Below are positions 42,211-54,400 of a stretch of 64,000 bases of DNA, piece after piece (the stretch's first letter is position 1; the number at the start of each line of letters is the position of its first letter). Made by a program: the position numbers and the translations under genes. The notes beneath the pieces are model-generated. The model saw only the letters and a list, made by a program, of their open reading frames with translations, was not told where the DNA came from and did no database searches. The stretch comes from Blastocladiella emersonii ATCC 22665 (Eukaryota > Fungi > Blastocladiomycota), in assembly GCA_025594325.1 (NCBI GenBank), contig JANHCV010000009.1, forward strand, positions 496,001 to 560,000. Direction: 5' to 3'.

Positions 42211-42738
42211 TGCATAGAGCTTACGTTGCTACTACTGATTCATTCGCGAGACGGTAGGAGAGAGAGCGGAGCGGGGACGGTTGCTGCCTCAAAGGCGTGG
42301 GGCGAGCGAACTTCGGGTGGCGTCGGGACAGGCTTCCGCCCAACCATGTGAGCGAGACGTGATATCCAGTCGCGTCTCTCATGTCTCACGTTTCGCCTCT
42401 TCCTTCTGTACGCTCAAGCGATTTGAAAACAAGTGTGAGTAGCCTAAAGAAAAGGATCAGCCTGCACTGGAACCTAGAGGGCCACCAAGCGGCCAAGTAG
42501 GTCACCTTCTCCTTCATCTTGGAAGATGTTCAGCATGTCAAGTCGTTCCCTTGAAAACGTTGAGAACTTCCAGAGCTCTCACTGATCTCTGCATTCGAGG
42601 CGTTATTCCGTTGACAAAAGCTCATTACGAGCGAGTTTCGTGTGAATGACAAGAACTACAACTAAAGAATATATTTGGATCGACACACAGCTTATTGAGA
42701 CAACGCACGATACACCAGAATTTGCGCTTCTACGCGCT

Positions 42739-44433
42739 CTATACGGCCTTGAACCATAGGTTGGACCTGGCGAACCTGACCATCCCTTGGTGAGTGAAAT
42801 GGTTGCCGCGCAGCGTGAGTTTGAGCTGCTTCCTGACCCGTGGGGCGTGCTCGGTGAAGGCATCGAGCCCGGCGTCGCTGAGCAAGTTGTTGGCCAACGA
42901 CAGGCGGGCTAGAGACGATGGAAGCGAAGCTGCAAGCAATTTGAGGCCCTCATCGCCAAAAAGGGTCCAATCGAGGAATAGGGCCTTCAGGGACAAACGC
43001 GGATTACTTGTGAGGGCCCTGATGTCGTCGAGGGAGATGGGGGATCCTGAAAGATCAAGCTTGCGCAACGAATTGGGCAGGCTATCAAAGAGTTCGGACA
43101 GACCGTTGAAGGGAAGCTTGCAGTCGACAAGCTCAAGAGTCTAGAGCTTTGACGGGCACCGCAGCGAAAGATATTCGATTGCATCAGCGTCAAGTGGGCA
43201 GTCTTTGATGCGAAGCGTCGTGAGAGAGCATGGTAGAGATATAAGCATGCAACTCGCGTCAAAGCCCACAGATCTGAAGCTGATAGTTTCAAGCAAGGAA
43301 ACGAGAAGGCGTAACCCAAGGATCCTCCCGCCCTCCTCGCTCAGGTTGACGTCAAAGAATTCAAGTACGGTCAGCGAGTTGGGCAAGGATATTTCTTTGA
43401 GCTCGGTTAGATCAAGGGTCTTTCGGTTAGCGCGAGCTGGCCGCAAGCCGAGAGCGCTTTCCACGCCAACCGTCACAAGCTTGACCTTGTGCTCTCCAAG
43501 TTTGTGGAGGAGGAGAACGGGAAGATCCTTGACCGTCCCAGCAATGATAACCAGGCGTTCCGCGGGAAGGTTGATTTGAGAGAGATCGAGCAGCTCCAGA
43601 CTTGCGGGTGCAAGCGAGAGAAGCCACCATGATGCGTATTCGAAGTGGTCAAAGCGACCAATCGAGAGATACCTGAGACGCGGGGGCCAAGCAATGGCGA
43701 CCGAGCGTCCATTTCCATTCCAAACGTTATCCAGACGAACTTGAGTAAGCGATTCAGGAAAGCGGAGGGCAGCCAGACGCGTCCTGTCGATGGCACAGTC
43801 CCGAATTCGGAGCTGGCGGAGGGTCTGGTACTTGCTCTGCAACAAAAAACTGTTCAGCGTGGCAACCGTTGTGCTCGTCACGGACATGTGTTTGAGCGCA
43901 AGCATGTACGGTTCGTCTTCGTCGTCCTTGCTGTAAACTTCATGGCTGGGATTGCATTCATTGCTGTCGTCGCCGCTATCGAGTTCAACCAAAGGCGCTG
44001 ACGGATCGGAGCCAGGCGCCGGTGGACGGAACCCGAGCGCAAGGTACAAGCTCGCCTCGTCGCCAAGTTCGCCGCTTTTGAGCCACTTGCGAACGGCATC
44101 CTTGTCAAGCGCGCCAGAATCGCGCCACCACTCGAGCGTCGAGAGAAACCGCCTGCGGAACGCCTCCTTGAGAGCGTCGACGGAACACTCGAGCGGGAAA
44201 CCGAGTGCGGCCCACTGGCGAAGCAGCTTGAACTCGCCAGTTTTAGTCAAATCGTGCAAGGTGAAAACTTCGCGAAACCGTTTTGCGACAAGGCGGTGGA
44301 CCAGCGGGATCTGCTGCTGGGTCATGACGCGGGCATAGTTTGCAAGACGTCGTGGGTCGGGCGTGTCGTCGTCGGCGATCGCCAGGCACAAGACGCGCTC
44401 AACGAGCTCAGGGACACGGAGCACTAAGGCCAT
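42739..44433 (-). pseudogene. Family B copy B5 (divergent), single in-frame TAG
   Basis: ORFs 43141-44433 and 42739-43068 are in frame. TAG at 43143-43141 (likely CAG>TAG); LRR text continues TLELVDCKLP...LRKLDLSGSPI. Confidence 0.8.
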
Positions 44434-44662
44434 TGCATGTAGTTTACGTTGCGATCATGGAAGGGCGGTCGGGTTCAGGGAGGCGAGGGAGTGCAGCTGC
44501 TCGTTCTGGAGCGCGGAGAGCTCGCACATGTTGATCAGTGTCACGCGATTTCGAAACGCGTCTCGCAGCTTGTCTCTCGGCCGTTGGTGTTGGCACCCCT
44601 GTTCTCGTTCGCGAGCTTCGAGATGCAATTGTACACTCTATTCGTCCCAAACCATCAACCTA

Positions 44663-47428
44663 CTACGAGACCTTGGGCTTGAGCTGGTCCCAGATCGCCT
44701 CAGCCGTCGTGACCTTGAGATTCTTGGCGTCGTTCCAGACCGCCTCGAACGCCGCGCGATCGCTCTCCTTGTCCGCGGGATCGAGCACACTCTGCCCGAC
44801 GCGCGCGTCGCGGGCCCACCGGATCTCCTTCCCGCCCATCTCCTTGGCCCAGTTCCGGATCACCTGGCCCGTGCTGGTCCCGAAGAAGAGGTCAGGCTTG
44901 ACGCCGCCGGACTCGCCGACGCGCGACGAGAGGCCCACGACGAGATAGTCGACGTCGGCGGCATTCGCCGCGCCCTTGCCCGTGCTCACGCCGCCCCAGA
45001 TCTGGACGGCCGGGAGCGGCGGGGTGTCCGCGACGGGGACAAGGGCGGGCTCGTCGCGGGTGACGGCGGCGAGGACGGTGCGGAGCGCGCTGTCGTTGCG
45101 CGACAGCATCAGGTACTCGACGAGGACGTGGTCGAGGGCGCCCCAGACGCCTACGCGTTCGGCGGACGCGGTCGCCGCGGAATCGTCGGCCGTGTTCCCC
45201 GCGCGGGGCAGGAGCGAGGCCGCGGAGAAGGTGGCGCGGTACCGCGTGGCGTTGGCGACGACGAGCGCCTGCTGCGTGGGCTCGGTCGCGTAGGACCCGG
45301 TGCGCAGGTCGAGGAGGTTCAGGACACCGTACGTCGGGCGCTGACCGCAGTTGGTGCGCGCGGCGGCCTGGTCAGGGAACGCCGGGACGCGGAAGGTGGC
45401 CGACTCGACGGCGTTGAGGGCCTGGAAGTCGCCGACGAACATGAAGGTGCAGAAGGGCGACCCGAAGCTCGCGCGCGCCGCGTGGATCTCGCCCATGGGC
45501 CGCGCCATGGTGTTGGCCTTGTTCCCGCCGTCCGGGAACGTGGCGTCGAACGGGACCATGATGGACTTGCTGGCGAGTTTGGCGCGGAACGCGTCGAGCG
45601 CTGACAGCGGGAGCTCGAGGCGCTGCGTCCAGTACAGGTTGAGGAACCCGGACCGCAGCCCGGACATGGCCGTGGCAATCGACGCGAGCACGTTGAACGT
45701 GGCCTGCTGCGACTGCGGGACGCGCGCCTCGACGGCGGCCTTGGCGGGGCCCGGCAGCTCCGCAAGCGGCAGGTAGCTGATCTTCTCGGTGCCGAGGTCG
45801 TACACGATGCGCCCGACGATGACCTGCGCGACGCCCGGGTTCACCGCGCCCGGGTCGGCCGCGAGAATTGACCCCGTGATGTTGGCCGTCGACAGCGGCG
45901 CGTTGGACACGGACCGGCCGAGCAGGTCGGCGAACCGGACCGCGAGCTCGCGCGACGCGTTGTAGTTGCCCGACAGCTGCATGTGGCGCGCGACGACGAG
46001 CTTGGCCCACAGCAGCCGGCGCTCGCCGCGCGACCCGGCGAGCTGCAGCGCGCGCTGGTTGACGTTGACGTTGACGAGGATCGCCTGGTCGCGGCACGCG
46101 ATCTGCGCGAGCGTCATGGCGAGCGCGAGCCCGCGCTTGTCGAGCCCGAGCGCCAGCAGCGCGGTATCGTTGTTTGCCGCCGCCAGCAGCGGCGTGTAGA
46201 CCGTCGACAGCGGGAGACACGAGATGCGCGGGTTCCCCGGATCGTTGGCGGCACACGGACAGCTCGCTTCGGCAGTACACTGCGCGCCGACGAACGGCGC
46301 GGGACAGTCGCACGCGCACGCGCCCTCGACCGTCAGGAACGGCACCCCGCGGTTCTTGCACGGGAACGTCGCCGCGCACGCGTCGAGCGCGGTCCCGTAG
46401 CACGTCTCGGCGGCACCGCCTAAGCAACCCGTCGCGCGGAACGTCCACGGCAGCGCGAACGCGAGCGCGAGCAGCAGCACGCCGACGGACACAAGCGACC
46501 GCAGGTTGCGCGGCGTCATGAGCGGGTTCGGCGGAGACCCCGGCGGCGCGTGGTATTTCCCGCCGGCGAGGACCCGCGCCAGGTCACCGAACCCGACCCG
46601 CGGCCCGTCGCGCGCGCTCCGCACGATGCCCGCCGGGTGCCCGTGGTCGCCGTCGTCGCGGTCGAGGCTCACCATCATATCGCGCGCCGTACTACTGCTG
46701 GCAGTACCCATCTCGCGATGCCCGCTATCCCCGCCACCGCCACCACCAACCGCCATCGCCGCCGCGCGGCTGCGGTACAGACTCTCGTACCCCGACGGCG
46801 CCGCTCGGTTCATCGGCGGCGTCGCTGCCGCGAACCGCGACGGCGACGGCGGGCGGCGCGCGTGCGGTCCGGGGCTCGTCGCACGCGGGTCTTGCGCGAA
46901 CCGGGACGGCGACGGCGGACGGTGCATGGCGCTCCCGGCGCCGCTGCTCGAGCGCGGCGAGGGCGCCGAGCCCGATGACGAACGGTACGCGGTCCCCGCG
47001 GCGAAGCGCGACGGCGACGGGGTGCGTTGCCGCGTGGTCCCGGCGGCGAAGCGCGAGGGCGACGGCGGGCGGTGTGGCGACCGGCCGCGCGGGTCTGAGC
47101 CCGACGAAGAGGTGCGGCCCGGCGTCGGGTCCTTGGAGGGCGGCGGCGGGACCGGCGGGGCGTACGTGTTGGTGCTCCCGCTCGCGGCGCGGGGTTGCGG
47201 GCGGTTCAGGCTACCCGTGCTCCGTGTCGACGTGGCCGAGGCGGGGAATAGCGGCGACTGCGGCGGGAGCGTCGGGAGCACGGCGGTGGTGGTGGCGCCG
47301 AGGTACGGCGTGGTGGCGGGCGAGCTGGGGCTGGCGCGCGCGAGCTGCTGCGTCACGATGGCGAGGTCGGCGGCGGATGCGGGGCGTTGCGGGCGTGGAG
47401 GTGGGCCTCCTCGGCGTGGGGACGACAT
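44663..47428 (-). CDS. Uncharacterised type II membrane protein: Pro/Ser-rich N-terminus with 4 PSPSRFA repeats, TM helix, EGF-like Cys-rich domain, large C-terminal domain (921 aa)
   Basis: TM helix LVSVGVLLLALAFALPWTF; C.N.G.......C.C.C...F.G..C EGF-like pattern; core-type codon bias; single long ORF. Confidence 0.8.
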   Translation of the reverse strand: MSSPRRGGPPPRPQRPASAADLAIVTQQLARASPSSPATTPYLGATTTAVLPTLPPQSPLFPASATSTRSTGSLNRPQPRAASGSTNTYAPPVPPPPSKDPTPGRTSSSGSDPRGRSPHRPPSPSRFAAGTTRQRTPSPSRFAAGTAYRSSSGSAPSPRSSSGAGSAMHRPPSPSRFAQDPRATSPGPHARRPPSPSRFAAATPPMNRAAPSGYESLYRSRAAAMAVGGGGGGDSGHREMGTASSSTARDMMVSLDRDDGDHGHPAGIVRSARDGPRVGFGDLARVLAGGKYHAPPGSPPNPLMTPRNLRSLVSVGVLLLALAFALPWTFRATGCLGGAAETCYGTALDACAATFPCKNRGVPFLTVEGACACDCPAPFVGAQCTAEASCPCAANDPGNPRISCLPLSTVYTPLLAAANNDTALLALGLDKRGLALAMTLAQIACRDQAILVNVNVNQRALQLAGSRGERRLLWAKLVVARHMQLSGNYNASRELAVRFADLLGRSVSNAPLSTANITGSILAADPGAVNPGVAQVIVGRIVYDLGTEKISYLPLAELPGPAKAAVEARVPQSQQATFNVLASIATAMSGLRSGFLNLYWTQRLELPLSALDAFRAKLASKSIMVPFDATFPDGGNKANTMARPMGEIHAARASFGSPFCTFMFVGDFQALNAVESATFRVPAFPDQAAARTNCGQRPTYGVLNLLDLRTGSYATEPTQQALVVANATRYRATFSAASLLPRAGNTADDSAATASAERVGVWGALDHVLVEYLMLSRNDSALRTVLAAVTRDEPALVPVADTPPLPAVQIWGGVSTGKGAANAADVDYLVVGLSSRVGESGGVKPDLFFGTSTGQVIRNWAKEMGGKEIRWARDARVGQSVLDPADKESDRAAFEAVWNDAKNLKVTTAEAIWDQLKPKVS

Positions 47429-47714
47429 GGCGGCGGTGGGGGTGGCGATGGAGCAAGTAGTGCAGCAAGTGTCTCTAAGAGCGGTTCATGGAGCGCGTCG
47501 TGGGCGCGGTGGTATACATTCGACTCCGTGGCGTAGAGAGAGAGAAGTGGGGGCGAAGGGCGAAGGGCGAAGGCGGCGACTTTCATGACAAGCCGCAGCG
47601 GACGCGAGGCGCCGCCTGCGCCACACTGGCCGAACTGGCCGGGTCCCTGAGCATCCCCCGAAAAACTATACAAGTGCGATGATACTATTTTACGGGTGCT
47701 GGCGTCGAAGACGA

Positions 47715-48986
47715 CTAGCCAAAGATCTTGGACAGTACGCCCTTGATCTTGGAAATGTCCTCGTCGCGCTGCACCTCCTCGACGTCGTGGACGATCTTGC
47801 GCTGCTTGAAGCGGCGGCGGATCTCGGACATGTCGGCGGGTCCCGCTGGCGCCGCGGCAGATGCGGAAGCAGCGGGTGCCGAGGAGGCACCGCCGTCGGC
47901 AGCCTCCTGGCGCTTGCGCTTCTTGGCCTCCATGGCGTTGACCATCTTGGCCTTGCCGACGTTGTCCATGTAGATCTTGTTCTCGCGCTTGGCCTGCAGG
48001 ATCTCGGCGCGCAGGCGCTCCTCCTTTTTGCGCTTCTCGTACGCTACACGGGCGCGAGAGGGTTTCGTTAGCAGCGCGCACACCAGCAACCCACACGAAA
48101 ACGTACCGATCTGCTCGGTGAGGTGGTGCCACTTGAACTTGGGCAGGTACTTGATGTTCCAGAGCGTGTCGTGCCACCGGGACAGGGTCTTGCCGCCAAT
48201 GATCTGGTTGTTGAGGTGGGCGGCCATGACCTTGGCCTCTTTCTTGTCGAGGACCTCGATCCAGCCCTCGGTGTAGTTTTTGCGCGAGTTGCCCTTGTAC
48301 TTTTTCCGCTTGTAGGCGGCCTTGGCGTCCTCGGGCGCGAGGTAGATGCGGCCCAGCGTCGCGTACTGCGACAGCAGCTTCCGGACGACCGTCGGCGACA
48401 TGAAGGGCGGGACGCGGGAGAGGTACACGAGCCCTGTGCGGTCCGTCTTGGCCTTGAAGTCGCTCAAGTCCTCGTCCTGCAGCACCTTCTTCTTGGCCGA
48501 TTTGGACGGCTTGGATGCCCGTTCCTCTTCTTCGTCTTCTTCTTCTTCTTCTTCTTCTTCTTCTTCTTCGGCGGCATCCGGGTCGTCCTCGTCCTCGTCC
48601 TCTTCGCCGTCGTCCGAGGCCGCCTCCTCGTCATCCTCGTCGACATCGGGGCCCTCCTCGGCGTCAGAGCCCTCCTCCTCGTCGTCCTCTTCATCATCAT
48701 CATCGTGGACATCATCCTCCGAGCCGATCTCCTGCTCCTGCTCCTCCTCCTCGTCATCATCGTCAGCCTGCTCAGGCGCCAGCTTCGCGAGATCGCCAAA
48801 GCGCGAGAGATCGAAGCGCGAGTCCGCGACTACATGCAACGGAACGTCACTCAAGTCAGCCGCGTCCTCCACGGGTTCATCACGAAAACAGTGCGACTCA
48901 CCCTTCGCAGCCGGCTTAGCTGCCGCGACAGGCGACTTTGGCGCCGCGGCGACGGCCGAGTTGGAAGACTTGCTCTTGCGAGCCAT
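47715..48986 (-). CDS. ESF2: Pre-rRNA processing protein Esf2/ABT1; likely intron 48106-48044
   Basis: Acidic N-terminus; TGLVYLSRVPPFM, GRIYLAPED, YTEGWIE and WNIKYLPKFKWHHLTEQI|AYE motifs. Confidence 0.93.
   Translation of the reverse strand: MARKSKSSNSAVAAAPKSPVAAAKPAAKGESHCFRDEPVEDAADLSDVPLHVVADSRFDLSRFGDLAKLAPEQADDDDEEEEQEQEIGSEDDVHDDDDEEDDEEEGSDAEEGPDVDEDDEEAASDDGEEDEDEDDPDAAEEEEEEEEEEEDEEEERASKPSKSAKKKVLQDEDLSDFKAKTDRTGLVYLSRVPPFMSPTVVRKLLSQYATLGRIYLAPEDAKAAYKRKKYKGNSRKNYTEGWIEVLDKKEAKVMAAHLNNQIIGGKTLSRWHDTLWNIKYLPKFKWHHLTEQIGTFSCGLLVCALLTKPSRARVAYEKRKKEERLRAEILQAKRENKIYMDNVGKAKMVNAMEAKKRKRQEAADGGASSAPAASASAAAPAGPADMSEIRRRFKQRKIVHDVEEVQRDEDISKIKGVLSKIFG
48535..48569. repeat. (TCT)n microsatellite encoding the poly-Glu tract of Esf2
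   Basis: Pure trinucleotide run. Confidence 0.9.
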
Positions 48987-49786
48987 TTGCGTCGAGTCGA
49001 TGCGTAGCAGATACGTTGCAGTTACGTGTGTGATGTGGCGTCCAACTCAACGCGTCGTTGGCGATGGCGGCGGCGGCGGTGAGCCACACGCGAGAGTGCG
49101 TCCCGGGTCACCCGACCGCGTGTGACCCGATGCTAGGCCGCCAGCGACTTCAAATTTTGCTGCTTTGAGCGACGCGTGCGCCACGCGGGCCACTTCGCTT
49201 TTGCTGCCGCTGCCCGCCGCGCGTCGCGTTTGCTTCCGCTCTCCCCACAGCAAAGTCAGGGACGGCCGACCACGTAGCCATCTGCAACGCATCAACCCAC
49301 CGACTCTGTGCATCGGCGCCGATATCGCGCCGCGCGGAGCCTCCATTGACGACGCGTGTGAGTGTGCCGCTCGCTTGGACCGAGTCGCGACTTGAGAAGT
49401 AACGCGCGCGCGTCGTCTAGCCGATGCAAAACTACTCTTCATCATCGCCCCATCTCGCCGACGACGGCAGCGGCGGCGCGCACGCACCCGGGTCGCCGCG
49501 CGCCGGCGAGCCCAAGTCGTTCTGGAAGCGCCAAGTTGCGCGATTGCCCGGGAGGTAACCCTCGTTCTCGAGCCATGTACCCGCGATACGTGGGCTCACC
49601 TGCACGCACGCCCGTGGTCTAGCATCCGGCCAGCGGGCTCGGCGACGGACCCGCCCAAGGTGTTTGGCGCGCAGCACGCGTTCGCGAGTCCCGCCTCGAT
49701 TGCGACCAAATTGTGCGTCGTTCCACCTCTTCCCGGGAAACACTCGCAGGGCACTGACGCACGCGTCCGCGACGTCTAGCTCGTCC

Positions 49787-51293
49787 ATGACCATGTCGTC
49801 GTCCTCGGCCGGCGCCGACGGCAGCGGCGGCGGCGGCGCGAGCAGCCCCAAAACGGAACGCCGCATGAAGACGCGCGACGAGCTCGTGGACCAGACGTCC
49901 GACGCGTGGGGCGAGCTCGACGACCCGAAGCCGCCTGCGGTCATCACGTCCGCACCGCCCTCGTCGCGCAAATCGACGCTCGACACGGGCAGCGCGGGCA
50001 ACATCGTCACCTCGCCGTCGACGTCCGCGCCGCCATCGCACCGGCGCGCGCCGTCCGACATGTCGCTCGCGGGCCCGCCTTCGCCCGCGCGCATGGCCGA
50101 CGACGACCGCGCGGCGGCCGACGAGGCGCGGCTCATGACGGCGAAACTGCAGCGGCACGCGAAATTCGAGGCGCTGCTGACGGCGCCGACCGTCGACCTG
50201 GCCGCGCTCAAGAAGCTGTGCTGGTCGGGGATCCCCGAGGACCTGCGCCCGACGTGCTGGCAGCTGCTTTTGGGGTACCTGCCGTGCTCGGCCGAGCGGC
50301 GCGAGTCGGCGCTGAAGCGGAAACGGAGTGACTACGAGGAGACGGCCGCGCAGAGTTTTGGGAAAGACGGCGCGACGCCGTCGGACAAGCAGCTCATGCA
50401 CCAGATCCATATCGACGTGCTGCGGACGCGACCGACCGAGCTGTACGCGCACGACCGCGTGCAGCGCGCGCTCGAGCGGATCCTGTACTGCTGGGCGATG
50501 CGGCACCCGGCGTCCGGGTACGTCCAGGGGATCAACGACCTGCTCACGCCGTTCTTTACCGTGTTTCTCGCGCCATTTCTGGGTATGTTTTTGGTCGTGG
50601 CTGTGTCGGTGGTGCTGACCTTGCAGCGGAGTAGAGCGACACGACGGCCAGATGGACGCGGTGCCGCAGGACGAGCTGACGTGCGTCGAGGCCGACTCGT
50701 TCTGGTGCTTGACCAAGCTCATTGACGGGATCCAGGTCCGCTCTCCCTCCTCTCCCCGCCCCACGACGACGCGACTGATCCGCCGTCCGTCACGCGTGCA
50801 CGTAGGACAACTACACGTTCGCGCAACCCGGGATCCAGCGGCTCGTGTCGCGGCTCAAGGACCTCGTCGGTCGCATCGACGCGCCCCTGTCGGCGCACCT
50901 GGCAAATGAGAACGTCGAGTTCATCCAGTTTGCGTTCCGGTGGATGAACTGCCTGCTGATGCGCGAGGTCACGCACGCGGCCACGATCCGCATGTGGGAC
51001 GCGTACCTGTCCGAGGACGGCGACCTCAACGACTTTCACGTCTACGTCTGCGCCGCGTTCCTCGTCAAGTGGTCCAAGGAGCTCCGCGCCAAGGACTTTC
51101 CGGTACGAGATGCGCGGGTCCGTGTGGGGGTGGCGACTGACGACGTCGTGGTGGGGTGTAGGAAATCATGCTCTTTCTCCAGTCGCCGCCGACCAAGGAG
51201 TGGACCGACAAGGATATCGAGCTGCTCCTGTCCGAGGCCTTCATGTGGAAGTCCCTGTTCCACAACTCGCCAAATCACCTCGCCGCCAAGTGA
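49787..51293 (+). CDS. GYP1: TBC-domain Rab GTPase-activating protein (Gyp1/TBC1D22-like); introns 50583-50634, 50736-50805, 51103-51161
   Basis: LCWSGIPEDLRPTCWQLLLGYLP, QIHIDVLRT (R finger), YVQGINDL (Q finger), EADSFWCL and FAFRWMNCLLMRE motifs. Confidence 0.92.
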
Positions 51294-51496
51294 CGCCGCC
51301 GTCGCGTCCGACGCCGCCATACCCTCTTCCCGTCCGCGCCGCGCTGCCGCTGCCGGTCCCGCCAACGGCGGCCGACGCGGCGCATGTACTACCCACCCGG
51401 CCACCGTCACCGCTCCTCCACCGTCATTGTTCGCTGCTGCTGCTCATAGATCTACATTTTGCCCTTTCCACCACATCATATCCCACGCGCGCGCTG

Positions 51497-54400
51497 CTAT
51501 GTCACAATGATCGGGATCGGCACCCCCGCCGCCTGCTCCCTATCCTCGTCGTCGTCCTCCTCTTCCTCGACCACCTCGCCCCTTCCCCCACCACCAACGC
51601 GTCCAGCCGCCATTACCTGCTCCACAAGCGCGGCCTCGCTGACCTCGCGCACCGGCTCCACCAAGTCCCCCAAACTCAGCTCCGCGAGCTGCCTCGCGTC
51701 CTGATCCGTGCGAACCGCGAGCCGCAGCGCGCCCGTGCGCCCGGCCCCGCTCATCAGCGGTGCGGACGTGCTGGTGCTCACGGCGTGGCTGTTCGTTCGC
51801 GAGTACAGGCGCGACGCGGCGATCGGGAGTGCCGCGGGGCCGCCGCCGAGGAGGGTCGAGGACGCGGAGGGAGGCGAGCCGGGGGTCCCAAGCGACGCGG
51901 TCATGGTGCTGCCGGGTTCAGCGCCGCCGCAGAGGGCGTCGGATGCGTCGAGGATCACGACGCGCGGGTCGACGGAGCCGGCGCCGGCACCGGCGCTGCC
52001 GGGCGCGGTCGGCGAGGCGGTCAGGCCGCCGTTGCTGTTGGCCCGTGTTCGGGTTGTAGGTGCAGTGGAGGTGGCGGGCGAGGCGGCGCGCGGCGGGTAC
52101 CGCGGGTGGTACGACGGCGACCGCGGGGGCTTCCCGCGGTTCGAGGCCGCGGCGGACGTGGTGGTAGTGGCCGCGGCCGGGCTGCGGTGATACATGCTCG
52201 GGGCGGACTCGGGCTCGCTGGCCGTCGGGCCGAGCTCGGGCGACGGGTGCTGCCAGTCCGCGGGGGCGTGTGTGCGGCGCGACTTTTCGGTTCGCCTACA
52301 CACGTATCGTCAGTCCCGCACCCTCCACTCACTCGCGAAGGAAGTCGTACACTTTCGTGTTTCCCTCCATAATCGCGCGGGACTTCTCGAGGACCTTGAC
52401 CGTCTGATCTCTTGCCGTCGGCATGAGCTGGGCGATGAGCGGCGACCGCGCGTAGATGATAGACCGGAGCGAGAAGTTTTCGCGCGCGTTCATGCTCCGC
52501 TCGTGCTTGCGGCGCTCCTCGCGCTCGCGCTGCCGCGCGTCCTCGACCTTCTTGCGCTCCAGCGCGCGCTCGATCACGTCCATGACCTCGTGCTGCGGCG
52601 GCGCGCGCGGTTTCTTGCCACCCGGGCCTGCAGTCGCCGTCGCCGGGGTGGTTGCGGTGGCCGCGGTCCCACCGGCAGCGACCACGAGCGGCATCGCCAT
52701 GGCCGTGTTGACGACGGACATGAGCCGGGCCGCGGGCGCGACGGGCTCCGCCGCCCCTGCCGCCGCACCCGCGCCCGCGCCCGCAGCGGGCAGACCCGCC
52801 ATGACGTGCATGGCCGCGGACCGGAGCAGCCGGTGGCCCGCGCCGTCCGTCGCCATGCTCATGCGCCGCGACGCCGGGCCGCTGCTGCTGTCGTTGCCGT
52901 TGAACAGGTCAAAGTGCGCGTGCCCGCCGGCCGGTGCGCCAGCGGCGGCCGCCGCGTGGGTGCCGGCGACGGCGTGCGACATGGCGCGCGTGACGCGTTG
53001 CTGGAACGAGTTGGCGCCGCCGCCGGCGCCCGTGGCGGTGGTGGTCGGCCACGCGGTATCGCCCGTGGATCCGAGCGACAGCACGTTGTTGCTGGTGCGG
53101 ATCCCGCCGGCCGACCGTGCGGCGGCGGTCGCCGTCGCAGAGCTCGCGGCGGCGCCGGACGTCGTAAACGTGGTGCTGCGCCGCGAGCCCGTCGCGGACC
53201 CCATCGGGTTCGCCACGGCCCCCACTGCCGCCGCCGGTCCCGCGGACCCCGGTACCCCGACCGCGCTTGGCGCGACGAGGTGCGCCTGGAAGATCTGCTC
53301 GAGGTGCTTCGACACCGCGTTCCACTCGGCGGCCGTCGTGTGCGCGCGGAAATACTCGCCGAGCATCATGTAAAAGCACTCGTAGAAGGACCGCTCGACC
53401 GCAAAGTTCATGGACGCGCCGTACCGCCGCAGGATCCGGCAGTACCGCAGGCACAGGTCGTGCATCGCCGCGTCGCGCTGCGAGCGGAGCGAGTCCAGGG
53501 AGTCGGGGGCCGGTGAGGTGGTGGGGGCGGAGGTTGGTGAGCGGGAGGGAGAGGAGGGCGCGGGTTGCGACGGCGAGGTCGGGGTCGCGGGGACCGTGGT
53601 GCTCGCGGCGGCTGGCGGCGGGGCCGGGGTGTCGCACGACGCGGACGGCTGCGTGCTGCTGGCGTCGTCGGCCGCGGACGTCGGCGAAGTCGCGCCGGCG
53701 CCGGCCATGGACGCGCGGCCGCTGTGCTTCGCCGGCTTGGCATCGTCCGTGGTCGCCGTGGACTCGGACTGCGCGTGGATCTGCGCCATGTACAGCCTAC
53801 TCACACGCCGCGAGTCAGCTCACAATCCCACTCCTACTCCTTCGGAAACGTACCGCTTCAGCTGGTCGATCCCGACCTTGCTCTCGGCCGCGAGCTGCGC
53901 GTGCTTGTGGCGCATGTACAGCTGGATGTACCGCACGCCGTCGGCGAGGAACTCGTCGCACTCGGCCGAGTGGAAGAAGAGCTCGAAGCATCGCGGGATC
54001 GGGTGCGGTAGGAGCTGGGCGACTTGGTCTACACTCAAGGCTCGAGTCAGTGTCATGGCATCTCGAAGTGAGAGTCAACGTACCCTTGAGCGCGTGAGAC
54101 GGCTCGCGATGATGCCCTCCCGCGGCATAGTGGTGCGGTGCATTCGCTCCGCCATCCTTGTGGTGCCTACCGAGCGCGCCGAAGCCGGGTGCGCCGCCAT
54201 TAGCGAGGAAGCCGGGGAACGCGGGAACGGCGACGGTGGTCGTGGTGGTCGCGGTGCGGGCCGTTGGGAACAGGTTCGGGAGCGGCGGCGGGTCGGCCAC
54301 GTCCGCCGTGAACGTGATGGCCTTGGACTCGCGGCGGCTCGTCGAGTTGGCGCTGCTATCGGAGGAAGAAGAGCCCGCGGCCACGCTCAGGAGCGACTGG

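Noticed and set aside
42450-42620. Possible degraded LRR fragment downstream of B5 (PRMQRSVRALEVLNVF on the minus strand)
   Set aside because: Too short and interrupted to support a seventh copy without an alignment.
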